From: an uncultured delta proteobacterium
GTDB taxonomy: Bacteria > Myxococcota_A > UBA9160 > UBA4427
Assembly (NCBI GenBank): GCA_963822965.1
Contig: CAWGJT010000005.1
Coordinates: 1,760,001 to 1,824,000, forward strand
Direction: 5' to 3'
DNA: 64,000 nt
The notes below the pieces were generated by a model that saw nothing but the letters and a program-made list of their open reading frames with translations, did not search any database and was not told the DNA's origin. Numbering within the stretch: position 1 is the stretch's first letter; every line of letters begins with the position of its first letter. Below, in pieces: positions 1 through 9,263 of this stretch. The position numbers and the translations under genes are program-made.

Positions 1-39
1 GCTCACGACCGGCTTATGCAGCCAACTCTGGCTCGTTTA

Positions 40-85
40 TCAAGAATTCGGGATAGACTTGGCGCTGGTCAATACATAGTTATGC
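40..85 (+). other. Putative integron attI (or degenerate attC end) with core site GTTATGC
   Basis: AT-rich stretch ending CAATACATA-GTTATGC (79-85). GTTATGC is the exact reverse complement of GCATAAC (597-603), which closes the first cassette. No attC-type L-box stem is visible upstream. Confidence 0.5.
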
Positions 86-95
86 GGCGGAGTCC

Positions 96-602
96 GTGGC
101 AGAACGTCCGCAGACGAACATGCGAGTTCTTCGGCCTTCGCGTGAGAAGCGCGAGCCCGGAGACGTCTTCGTGTACCAAATGCCAGACGGTCTCTACCGC
201 GTCGGTCGCCTCGTGGCCCGCAATATTGCAGTCGGCGGGTTCGAGCCGAGTCCAGTTCAGCACCTCGTCTACTTCTATCGCGGTGAGAGCGCCACCAAGG
301 ATGTCGTTCCGGATCTGGGGAACCTGGATCTCCTTCTTCCTCCCTTGGTCGTCAATCAGAAGCCTTGGACTCTTGGCTACTTCGAGCGGGTAGCCCGCGT
401 CCCGATAACTGCCGACCAGAAACTACATACGCACTGCTTCCGAGATGCCCTCCGCGGTCGCTACTTCGACGAAACCGGAGCTGAGCTTGCATCCGCAAGC
501 GAGCCTTGCGGAGAATGGGCGCTCCAGAGCTATCGAACCGTCGATGACGCCCTAAGTTCGGCACTCGGCTTCGATCCGATCCCAAACGAGTCCGCCGCAT
601 AA
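96..602 (+). CDS. Imm26-like immunity protein (gene cassette 1)
   Basis: 168 aa with 'PGDVF..MPDG.Y..GR' N-terminus and 'LLLPP..VN..PW..GYF' motifs, recalled from Imm26-family proteins. Start lies 10 nt after the core site and the TAA stop is inside GCATAAC. Confidence 0.65.
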   Translation: MAERPQTNMRVLRPSREKREPGDVFVYQMPDGLYRVGRLVARNIAVGGFEPSPVQHLVYFYRGESATKDVVPDLGNLDLLLPPLVVNQKPWTLGYFERVARVPITADQKLHTHCFRDALRGRYFDETGAELASASEPCGEWALQSYRTVDDALSSALGFDPIPNESAA

Positions 603-728
603 CAAGGCGTTGCAGCGGGCGTGCTCGGGCTGAGCTGTTCTGGGGCGTGTTAGAATTGAGCCCGTCCCAGGTGTTCACGAGGCTGCTCGGCAGGTCGCCG
701 CACGCCGCTGAACGCCGATCCGTTAGAG
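597..728 (+). other. attC integron recombination site
   Basis: R'' GCATAAC (597-603); GGCGTT-G-CAGCGG (606-618) pairs with CCGCTGAACGCC (705-716), leaving one extrahelical G; R' GTTAG at 722-726. About 130 bp imperfect palindrome. Confidence 0.9.
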
Positions 729-810
729 CCTATGAGCGATGGGCTCCGGAACGCAGAAGGCCGCTGCCGTTAACCTCCTTTGTGAACTTCAAACACACTG
801 GAGGGACACC

Positions 811-1986
811 TTGTCCAAGAAAACGGCAGCGACCTCGACAGTCGAGATTACCGCAGCGACCCCGACTCTGATGCTGGCCCTCGAGCTGGGCGAAGAGAAG
901 TGGAAGGTCGGGTTCAGCTCGGCGTTCGGGCAGACCCCGCTCGTGCGGAACCTCGCATCGCGAGACCGGCAGGGTCTCCGGGTACAGATCGCGTGGGCGC
1001 GCAAGAAGCTCGGCTTGCCCGCCGACGCTCGGATCGTGAGCTGCTACGAGGCCGGGCGCGACGGCTTCTGGCTGCACCGCTGGCTCGAGTCGGAAGGCGT
1101 CGAGAGCCTGGTGATCGACTCGGCCAGCATCGAGAGGCCGCAGAAGCGGCGACGCGCGAAGACGGACCGGCTGGATCTGGCGGCGCTGTGTGATCTGTTG
1201 GCGCGGCACCTGGCCGGGAGCGCGAAGCCGGTCTTCAGCGTGGTGCGGGTTCCCTCGGTGGCGGAGGAGGACCGACGACACCTGCACCGCGAGCTCCGAA
1301 GCGCCAAGGCAGATCGGACCCGCGTGAGCAACCGGATCAAGAGCCTGCTCGCGAACCACGGGCTCGTGCTCCGAGGCTGGAAGGATCTGTCGGAGCGGCT
1401 CTCGGGCCTGCGGCTGTGGGACGGGAGCGAGCTCCCGCCCGCGTTGGCGGCCCGGTTGCAGCGCTACGCCACCGACTACGCGTACTTCACGACCCGGATC
1501 CGAGCGCTCGAGGCGGAGCGCCGGCATCAGCTGCAGGAGAAGGAGCCCGAGGATCTCGCCGTGGCCAAGGCGCAGCAGCTGTTCACGTTGCGGGGGGTGG
1601 GGGTGAACACGGCGTGGTTGTACAGCATGGAGTTCTTCGGCTGGCGGACCTTCCGGAGCGGCAAGGAGGTGGGATCGCTGGCCGGTCTCACTCCGACGCC
1701 GCAGGACAGCGGCAAGCGGTTCCGGGAGCAGGGGATCGGGAAGGATGGGAGTCGTCACATCCGGGGCAGTGCCATCGAGCTGGCGTGGTCGTGGCTGCGG
1801 TTCCAGCCAGAGAGCGCGCTGTCGAAGTGGTACGAGCGCCGCTTCGGGTCCGGCAGCCCGCGGATCCGGAAGATCGGGATCGTGGCGCTGGCGCGGAAGC
1901 TCCTGGTGGCGCTGTGGCGGTTCGTGGAGACGGGGGTGTTGCCGGAGGGGGCGGAGCTGAAGACGGATCTGCGGGTGCGGTGGTAG
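811..1986 (+). CDS. IS110-family transposase/recombinase
   Basis: LALELG, SCYEAG, RRAKTDRLD (DEDD RuvC-like domain), GVG, AGLTPTPQDSG and VALARKL motifs. TTG start at 811 after GAGGG; alternative ATG at 739. Confidence 0.95.
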   Translation: MSKKTAATSTVEITAATPTLMLALELGEEKWKVGFSSAFGQTPLVRNLASRDRQGLRVQIAWARKKLGLPADARIVSCYEAGRDGFWLHRWLESEGVESLVIDSASIERPQKRRRAKTDRLDLAALCDLLARHLAGSAKPVFSVVRVPSVAEEDRRHLHRELRSAKADRTRVSNRIKSLLANHGLVLRGWKDLSERLSGLRLWDGSELPPALAARLQRYATDYAYFTTRIRALEAERRHQLQEKEPEDLAVAKAQQLFTLRGVGVNTAWLYSMEFFGWRTFRSGKEVGSLAGLTPTPQDSGKRFREQGIGKDGSRHIRGSAIELAWSWLRFQPESALSKWYERRFGSGSPRIRKIGIVALARKLLVALWRFVETGVLPEGAELKTDLRVRW

Positions 1987-1989
1987 ATC

Positions 1990-2340
1990 GGCTCGTTCTC
2001 TGGGGCCGTGCCTGAGGCCCGCGGCCTGACGGCCGCGGGGCGGAAGAGGCTTTCGAGGGGAAGAGGGGAGATCGAATCCGAGCTGGGAGCGGGTGGCTCG
2101 TTACGCCGCCGGGTGTCGAGCAATCGGCGCCGCCCGTTAGATGGGGCTGCCCGCGCCGAGGCTTCACAGTTCGCGCTCGCGCGCACACGGGCTCTTGTGC
2201 TCGAGGCGGGGTCCTCGGCACGGATAGAAGGTGGTTCGGCGTGGTCCGGACGTCGCCCGGAAGCCGCCAGGTCGTCGGATGAGAGGCTACCCCGGGGAGT
2301 GTGGGCCATGTAGAATCGAACAGCGTCGGCCGCGGGGGTT
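1990..2340 (+). ncRNA. Candidate bridge/seek RNA in the IS110 right non-coding end
   Basis: Long, hairpin-rich region containing CCGTTAGA (2134-2141, same as 720-727 at the target), ATAGAAGG (2224-2231, same as the right junction) and GGCTCTT (2190-2196, complementary to the predicted circle junction). Boundaries are not defined. Confidence 0.45.
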
Positions 2341-2372
2341 GACGGAATGGCCAACATAGAAGGCAGGCGAGC

Positions 2373-2681
2373 ATGCGCTGGCCCGAATCATTGACTGAGT
2401 TGGGTGTATGGGCGTGGGGCGGTGTCACCGTCGCTCTAGCCCTCACGATCGTCTTGCTCCTCGTAATCTCGACGGCCTGCGCTGAGCCTGGCGCTACCGA
2501 CGCCGTCAGGTTCGAAGGCTGGGGCCGGGTCTACATCGCGATTCGCGATCACGGGTCTCTCCTTGGCGTGCTTGTCGGCTTCAGCGCACTAGCTTGGTCT
2601 CACTTCTATCAGTACTACGCGAATGCGGGGCCAAGCGAGTCGGTTCGGTCGGCTGAACGAGCTGACTCGCCGGCTGCCTAA
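2373..2681 (+). CDS. Small two-TM membrane protein (gene cassette 2)
   Basis: 102 aa with two hydrophobic segments. ATG directly follows the reconstituted GTTAGGC core and the TAA stop lies inside GCCTAAC. Confidence 0.7.
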   Translation: MRWPESLTELGVWAWGGVTVALALTIVLLLVISTACAEPGATDAVRFEGWGRVYIAIRDHGSLLGVLVGFSALAWSHFYQYYANAGPSESVRSAERADSPAA

Positions 2682-2685
2682 CAAG
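2676..2685 (+). other. Left end (R'') of an attC interrupted by a second IS110
   Basis: GCCTAAC-AAG has the same pattern as GCATAAC-AAG at 597, but IS-like sequence follows instead of an L'' box. Confidence 0.7.
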
Positions 2686-2696
2686 ATGGGATGAGA

Positions 2697-2781
2697 ATGC
2701 CAGCCTCCTGCAGCGCAGTACCGTAAGGTCTGCAAGGCAAAATGCGAGCTCGCCAAGGCGGCTCAAACAGGAGGCTGGCAT
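2697..2781. repeat. Perfect 14-bp inverted repeat covering the RBS and start codon of the decayed transposase
   Basis: ATGCCAGCCTCCTG (2697-2710) and CAGGAGGCTGGCAT (2768-2781). Confidence 0.9.
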
Positions 2782-3070
2782 GGATGATCGTGTCATCGAG
2801 GGTGCGTTTCTGACGATCCGGATCGATCTGGAAGATCGCTGGAGCGAGGGGCGCGTGCTCGACGGATCGGGTGAGTTGATCGAGGCGTTCCGAGTCCGGA
2901 CGACGGAGCCTGCGATGGACAAGCAGCTGTCTCGCTACCCGCGGTAGCCGCGTGGTGCTCGAGGTGGGGACGCATTCACCCTGGGTGAGTCGATGTGTGA
3001 CGAAGCACGGTCATGAAGGTGTCGTGGCGAACCCTCGGCGCGTGCGACTGATCGCGGAGAATGCTGAGGA
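2780..3070 (+). pseudogene. Truncated IS110-family transposase remnant (N-terminal DEDD domain)
   Basis: Translates as 'LTIRIDLEDRWSEGRVLDGSGELIEAFRVRTT', then after a stop/frameshift 'VVLEVGTHSPWVSR..GHEGVVANPRRVRLIAE', typical of IS110 N-termini. No C-terminal domain. Confidence 0.8.
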
Positions 3071-3254
3071 ACAACCTCTACCGCTGCTCGAATCGAGGCC
3101 GAGTCGAGCGTTCGAAGGTCGAAGCCTGAGAGTCGCGCTAGAGGGCACATGAAAAAGCTGATGGCGGCGAATGACATACCGACACACGAACGGTACAACA
3201 TTTGGTAGCCTCTCGTCGAGCCCAGCGGCTTCGGCGTACTGGTCACTCGGGTCG

Positions 3255-3277
3255 GCTGCAGCTGAACTCCGTTGGGT
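3255..3277 (+). other. Degenerate right half of an attC site
   Basis: GCTGCAGCTGAACTCC followed by GTTGGGT (GTTRRRY, 3271-3277), directly before the RBS and ATG of the next ORF. Confidence 0.5.
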
Positions 3278-3292
3278 GGCATGGAGGAGCAT

Positions 3293-3997
3293 ATGGCGAT
3301 CATCCAAGAAGTTCGAGACGCGATTGCCGCAGTCGCAGACAATGTCGAGCATATTCGTACGATTTCTGAGGCTGTAACGAACGGCAAGGACTACTTGAAG
3401 ACGACTCATTCGAGTGTGGCCGGCGACCTCGCCGCAATGTGCGAGGAGATGGGAAAATCGTCACAGGCGCTGGCCGCAGCATCCTCGATCGTCACTCACT
3501 TTCGATTCGTGATAGGTGATGGCCTAGCTGGGGAAGCATCTCGCTTCAACGAGCATCTTGTCAGCCACAAAGCACAAGCGGAAACGGTCGATCGCAGCCT
3601 GACTTCGATGCGAGGGCACTGCAGTGTAATCAAGGATCATGCCGATTCGATCCGTGAGCATGCCGATCCTAAGGGACTAACGTCGATCGCGGCGGCGCTG
3701 GGATTGCACTCGCCCAAGCGCGAGAAAGATCTAGCCGCTGCTCTCCAGGGAATCTACGACGAAGAGATGCAGTACCATGCAGGCGTGTATTCGATGGCGA
3801 ATGCAGTCAAGTCAGCACTCAAGGCCATCCAGGACGCTCTAGGACCTCCTGGCTCCATCAACCCGCAGAACGTACCCAAGGCTGCTGAAGTTTTGGGGGA
3901 GTATGCGACCGCTTTCGCTCGCCTAGAGGCGGACTGCAACTACAACGTGCTCCAGCTGCAGGAGTCGATTGAAGCGTTGCGAGAACACACCGCCTGA
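3293..3997 (+). CDS. Hypothetical alpha-helical protein (probable gene cassette 3)
   Basis: GGAGG RBS then ATG at 3293; 234 aa; lower GC than the backbone; ends in GCCTGAC, resembling a decayed inverse core site. Confidence 0.7.
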   Translation: MAIIQEVRDAIAAVADNVEHIRTISEAVTNGKDYLKTTHSSVAGDLAAMCEEMGKSSQALAAASSIVTHFRFVIGDGLAGEASRFNEHLVSHKAQAETVDRSLTSMRGHCSVIKDHADSIREHADPKGLTSIAAALGLHSPKREKDLAAALQGIYDEEMQYHAGVYSMANAVKSALKAIQDALGPPGSINPQNVPKAAEVLGEYATAFARLEADCNYNVLQLQESIEALREHTA

Positions 3998-4302
3998 CAC
4001 AGGCAAGGTCCGCCTCGCGAGCGAGGTAATCGAAACGACGAACGACCTAGGGTCGTGGTCGCGCCGATCGACGACCAACCCACCTTCGTGATCCTTCGAG
4101 GCGGCGCAGGCGCTGCCACAGCGGGTAGCTCAGTGTGTGCTCAGAGGGGCCGCTTCCCGGCGACCGCGAGTCACCCTGCCGCGCCACGCCACAATTCCGG
4201 CCATCGCCACGCATCCCTGTGAGAGAATCGGCGCAGCCCGGCCGCTCGCGGCCGGGACTTGACCACCCACTCGAGCATGAACGTGACAAAGGGGGAGAGA
4301 CG

Positions 4303-5241
<939 letters not shown>

Positions 5242-5249
5242 GGGGCGCG

Positions 5250-6263
5250 GTGCACACACGCTCGACGCTGCTGCTGGCCGGGGGCGCCGCCGGCTTGCGC
5301 GGCGTTGTGGCTGGTGTTGCAGCCCCTGAGCGGGCGGAACGCACGGACCGGCGCGGGCGGCAGCTCCCGCGCCGGTCTCTCCCGCCCCGCACCCCGGCCA
5401 GGCCGCCCGACCCCGGAGCGCAGGACGCTGTCCCCGGGCGCTTCCCGCTTCGCTCCAGGGCACCGAGCCCGACGGCGCCCTGGTGCTCGACGCCGACGGG
5501 CGCTTCGTGCCCACGCGCGACGCGCTCGATCTCTTCGACTACTACCTCTCGGCCAGCGGCGAGGAGACGGACGAGGAGATCCGCGCGCGCATCGAGGCGG
5601 CGATCCGCGAGCGCCTCGACGACCCCGCGCCCGCCCTCGACGCTGCTGGACCACTACCTGGCCTACCGCGCGAAGGTGCGCGAGCTCTTCGCGGATCCGT
5701 TCACCGCGAGCCTCCCGCTCGAGCGCCGGCTCCAGCGCATTCGCGAGCTGCGGCGCTCGCAGTTCGGCGCCGAGGTCGCCGAGGCGCTCTTCGCCGAGGA
5801 GGAGGCGCGCTGGCGGGTGGACGTCGAGCGGCTGCAGGTGCTGCACGATCCGGCGCTCGACGAGGACGCGCGCGCCGAGAGGCTCGAAGCGCTCGACGCG
5901 CAGCTGCCCGCAACGGTGCGCGAGGCCCGCGCCCTGGCCACCGCCGCGCTCACCCTGCGTCGCGACGAGGCGCACCTGCGCGCCGAAGGTGCCTCGGACG
6001 CCGAGATCGACGCCCTGCGCGAGGCGCGCTTCGGCCCCGAGGCCGCGGCGCGGCTCTCTGCGCTCGACCACCAGCGCGCCGAATGGAACGCGCGGGTGGA
6101 CGCCTACCGCGCCGAGCGCGACCGCGTGATCGCCGAGGAGCCCGACGACCCCGAGGCGCAGGCAGCCGCCATCGACGCCCTGCGCGACGAGCGCTTCTCG
6201 GGCCCGGAACGCCGGCGTATCGAGGCGCTCGATCGGCTGGAGGCGAGAGCGGAGGCGCCGTGA
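5250..6263 (+). CDS. Lipase chaperone (foldase), frameshifted
   Basis: Directly after the lipase; 'LDADGRFVPTRDALDLFDYYLSASGE' and 'LREARFGPEAAARLSALDHQRAEWNARV..Y' are characteristic of Lif foldases. Confidence 0.88.
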   Translation: MHTRSTLLLAGGAAGLRGVVAGVAAPERAERTDRRGRQLPRRSLPPRTPARPPDPGAQDAVPGRFPLRSRAPSPTAPWCSTPTGASCPRATRSISSTTTSRPAARRRTRRSARASRRRSASASTTPRPPSTLLDHYLAYRAKVRELFADPFTASLPLERRLQRIRELRRSQFGAEVAEALFAEEEARWRVDVERLQVLHDPALDEDARAERLEALDAQLPATVREARALATAALTLRRDEAHLRAEGASDAEIDALREARFGPEAAARLSALDHQRAEWNARVDAYRAERDRVIAEEPDDPEAQAAAIDALRDERFSGPERRRIEALDRLEARAEAP

Positions 6264-6322
6264 CGCCGAGACGTCGTCCCGGGCGCCGAGCGCTTGGCGT
6301 CGCACGAGTCGGAGCGTCGAGC

Positions 6323-7948
6323 TCAGCGAATTCGCCGGTTCGCAGCCTTTGCGAGAAGCGGGAAGCTTCCCGATCGACAGGCTCCGCCGGAGTCCACCAG
6401 GCGCAGCTCGACTCGCCGATTGACACGCTCCTTGGGATCCTCGTAGCGGCCTTCCGGCACGAAGCCCGATAGCGTCGCTTCGCGAAGCATGATGCCGTGC
6501 TCCTCCAACGTCCATTTCCGTACGGGGATGTCGATCGGCAGACCCTCTCTTGCAACGAGGTCTCGAACGACCTGCGCACGCTCGTTCGCAAGCTCGATGT
6601 TCCTCAGCCTGCTCGCCTCGTCGCACGTATTGTTCAGGCATCCCCTGTCCGCAAACCCGACCAGGTGGACGACGGGGTGGGCCTCTCCCGTGGCGCAACG
6701 CGCCACGTCTCGCAGAATCGGCTCGAGGAGAGCGAGGACGGCGTCTCTCTGGCCTTCGGCGATCTCGGCGGAGTCCTTTTCGAACACCGGAAGCGCCAGG
6801 GCCTGAAATCCGGGCCGATTGATCGAAACGACCGGGATTCCTTCCGACTCCGGCTGCTTCGTCAAGAGAGGCCCCAGGAGCGCTCGCAACGCCGAGCCCT
6901 GATGGTCCAAGACGTCGGCAAGCGACCGAGACGGCTCGGGCTCGCCGAGCATGGCCCATGGCGAGAAGAAGAAGAACACCAGACTGACAGTAAGAAGTCC
7001 GATCGAGAGGACCACGGGAACCCTGGGACCAATCCAGCGCCGTTCCTCATAGCGCGACCTGAGGGCGGCGAAGCGGGCGTCCTTCCCGAGCAGGTGCCGA
7101 GCGCGCTCGGCTTCCGGCGCAGCGAACTCCAGCTGGTCCGGCAACCTGCCAGAAGGTCCATCGTCGATTCCAAAGCTGACGCGCAGGCGCCGGATCTCGG
7201 AATCCGTGAACGTCTCGAAGCGCGACAATGCAGAGAGCCCGGCAGATTGATCGACGGAGCTTCGCTCTCGTTGTACGAGCAGCAGCTGCGCGTTGCACTC
7301 GTCGATCGTCTGATCGAGAATGGCTCTCCGAGCTCGCAGCCGGTCGGGATCCGACGGGGACACATCTGCGGCGGCACCCGCTTGCGATTCCGAATTCGAC
7401 GAGAGTCCCTCCCGCTCCTCGAGAGCCTGGTCCCGCTTCCGAACCAGGGCCTCCTCCTCGCGCTCGTACTCGCGAAGGCGCTCGTTCCGAACGCGGCGGG
7501 CATCTTCCTCGAGAGCCAGGGTCACCCGGCCCTTCAGGATCGGAATTCCCTCCACGAGAGTGAGGCGAAACGAGGAGTAGGCGCTCTTCCAGCGCTCCTC
7601 CCATCGCTCGATGCTGAAGCTCGCGGACCGCCAGAGCTCGATCGACACGTAGCACACGGCCGAGGCAGCCAGGAGGGTTGCCGCGCCGCGTTGTCCTCGA
7701 CTCAGTCTGATGGCCTCGCCGAAGAGGAAGCCGGGCACGAATCCCGTCAGCCCGAACACGGCGAGCCCGGCGGCGAGCTTCAGGGCCACGTCGCGGCGGA
7801 CGTCGACGCTTTCGTCGAGTGAGTCTTCGAGGATCAGCTCAACCGGATCGGACGTCTGACTGGTCTGGCCATCAAGCACGGGATGCTCCAATCCATCTCG
7901 GGGTTTCGGTCGCGGCGGGCACCAGGCGCCTTCACCGACACGACTCAT
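6323..7948 (-). CDS. Membrane protein with coiled coil and C-terminal OmpA/MotB-like peptidoglycan-binding domain
   Basis: Three hydrophobic segments, charged coiled coil, then F..DSAEI, VGFAD, NIELANERA..V and NRRVEL. Start uncertain. Confidence 0.75.
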   Translation of the reverse strand: MSRVGEGAWCPPRPKPRDGLEHPVLDGQTSQTSDPVELILEDSLDESVDVRRDVALKLAAGLAVFGLTGFVPGFLFGEAIRLSRGQRGAATLLAASAVCYVSIELWRSASFSIERWEERWKSAYSSFRLTLVEGIPILKGRVTLALEEDARRVRNERLREYEREEEALVRKRDQALEEREGLSSNSESQAGAAADVSPSDPDRLRARRAILDQTIDECNAQLLLVQRERSSVDQSAGLSALSRFETFTDSEIRRLRVSFGIDDGPSGRLPDQLEFAAPEAERARHLLGKDARFAALRSRYEERRWIGPRVPVVLSIGLLTVSLVFFFFSPWAMLGEPEPSRSLADVLDHQGSALRALLGPLLTKQPESEGIPVVSINRPGFQALALPVFEKDSAEIAEGQRDAVLALLEPILRDVARCATGEAHPVVHLVGFADRGCLNNTCDEASRLRNIELANERAQVVRDLVAREGLPIDIPVRKWTLEEHGIMLREATLSGFVPEGRYEDPKERVNRRVELRLVDSGGACRSGSFPLLAKAANRRIR

Positions 7949-8009
7949 CCTACACCGAAGTGATCATCGCAGTACGTGCTTCCTGCACATCGGACGTCAG
8001 ATTCCGCAG

Positions 8010-8136
8010 CAGTCCACCCGAGTGGACTCGGTATGGAAAATCTCTTCCACAGTCCACTGGAATGGACTGCACCCGGAGAGGGGTGGACGGAACGGAGCTA
8101 CACCGAAGAGCGGCTTCAGTCCACAGGAGTGGAATT
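8010..8136. promoter_or_regulatory. Three 20-bp palindromic repeats (CAGTCCAC-NNGA-RTGGAMTN) in a divergent intergenic region
   Basis: CAGTCCACCCGAGTGGACTC 8010-8029; CAGTCCACTGGAATGGACTG 8050-8069; CAGTCCACAGGAGTGGAATT 8117-8136. Confidence 0.75.
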
Positions 8137-8242
8137 ACACTGAATTCTGTCCAATGTTCGACGAACGCTCTTGCGCCGGCCAATGTTTCGGGCGTAGGTT
8201 GTCGAACGACGAAGCGCGGCGATCCGTCGAAGGAGTGAAGGA

Positions 8243-8626
8243 ATGAGCCAGTTCTGTCAAACCTTCGTGCAATTCTTCAGCGAGCTGAAGGGCCTCTCCA
8301 CTGCCGACCCGCACTGGCTCGCGGTCTTCATCGTGGCGTGCGGTGCGATGGGCGCGCTCGCGATCATCATGGATTGGGCGCACTTTCTCGTCAGCGGAAG
8401 CTCTCTGATGAACGTGGCCCATGGGATCAAGACGACTCCGGTCATCTTCTTCGGATGGACGCTTGGTGCCGTCATCGGTGGATATCTCGGTCAGGTTCTC
8501 GACATCCTGCAGGTGACGATCCTCGCATCGCTCACGGCGGGCGTCGGCTGGCCCCTCATTCTCACGAAGTCGCTCGAACAGGTGAGCAGGAAGGGAATCG
8601 AGCGGCCGGAAGCAGTTCAGAGCTAG
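8243..8626 (+). CDS. Small multi-TM hypothetical protein
   Basis: 127 aa with about three hydrophobic helices; AAGGAG/AAGGA upstream. Confidence 0.75.
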   Translation: MSQFCQTFVQFFSELKGLSTADPHWLAVFIVACGAMGALAIIMDWAHFLVSGSSLMNVAHGIKTTPVIFFGWTLGAVIGGYLGQVLDILQVTILASLTAGVGWPLILTKSLEQVSRKGIERPEAVQS

Positions 8627-8637
8627 GAGATGAATCG

Positions 8638-9081
8638 ATGAGGATTCGCGACTTCTTCGAGGGGCGAGACGAGCTGCTGTCCGAGAAGGAGATCATCGGG
8701 CAGATCCGGGAGGCGCCCGAGTTCGACGCCGCCAGGGAAACCGTCGAGAAAGCCGAGGCCCTCCTGCTCTTCCAGACTTCCAGGCAGCAGACCTGGCTCG
8801 TGAGCACCGAGGAGCGCCTCTACTGTCTCCTCGACGACAAGAGCAAGCGAGAGCCCGAGCTGCGATGGGTCGTCCCCAGAGCCGAGCTCGTCGACGAAGG
8901 GCGCTTCGTTCTTCCGATCCAAACGCGGAACAACAGCGCCAACACCGGGCTCATCGATCTCGGACCCCGGCACGCGAACTGGTACTTCTCGAAGTCCTTG
9001 TTCGACACCGATACGAGGGCCGCGGACGTGAAGGTCGCGAGTGCCGTCGAGCAACTCGTGACGAAGAAGATGCTCCTGTAG
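8638..9081 (+). CDS. Hypothetical soluble protein (beta-rich, possibly PH-like fold)
   Basis: AGGAGA RBS overlapping the previous stop; 147 aa; the fold is a guess from the alternating strand pattern. Confidence 0.7.
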   Translation: MRIRDFFEGRDELLSEKEIIGQIREAPEFDAARETVEKAEALLLFQTSRQQTWLVSTEERLYCLLDDKSKREPELRWVVPRAELVDEGRFVLPIQTRNNSANTGLIDLGPRHANWYFSKSLFDTDTRAADVKVASAVEQLVTKKMLL

Positions 9082-9263
9082 TCCGCGCTCCGGCGACCAG
9101 GCCGGGGAGGAATCCGACGAATGTCGACGAAGCGGTGTGGTGCGGGATCTTCGAACCGGCTCTTTCGACCTCGACTCTCGCACTCTCTCCACCTTCTCTC
9201 TTCACCTTTTGCAATCTCTCCACTCTCTTTCGGTTCCCGATCTTCCCAAGGAGTACAGAATTC

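Larger units (their letters stand above)
727..2362 (+). mobile_element. IS110-family insertion sequence inserted in the attC R' core site
   Basis: Transposase plus about 375-nt right non-coding end; short subterminal IR CTATG (730-734)/CATAG (2355-2359). Removing 727-2362 restores GTTAGGC, which matches GCCTAAC at 2676-2682. Confidence 0.8.

Noticed and set aside
8010..8136. Palindromic repeats as a CRISPR array
   Set aside because: Only three 20-bp copies with variable centres, unequal spacers (20 and 47 nt) and no cas genes in the window.
6323..8626. Zorya (ZorAB) or flagellar MotAB assignment
   Set aside because: No MotA/ZorA-like partner in the same operon and no ZorC/D/E genes; only the OmpA-like domain is shared.
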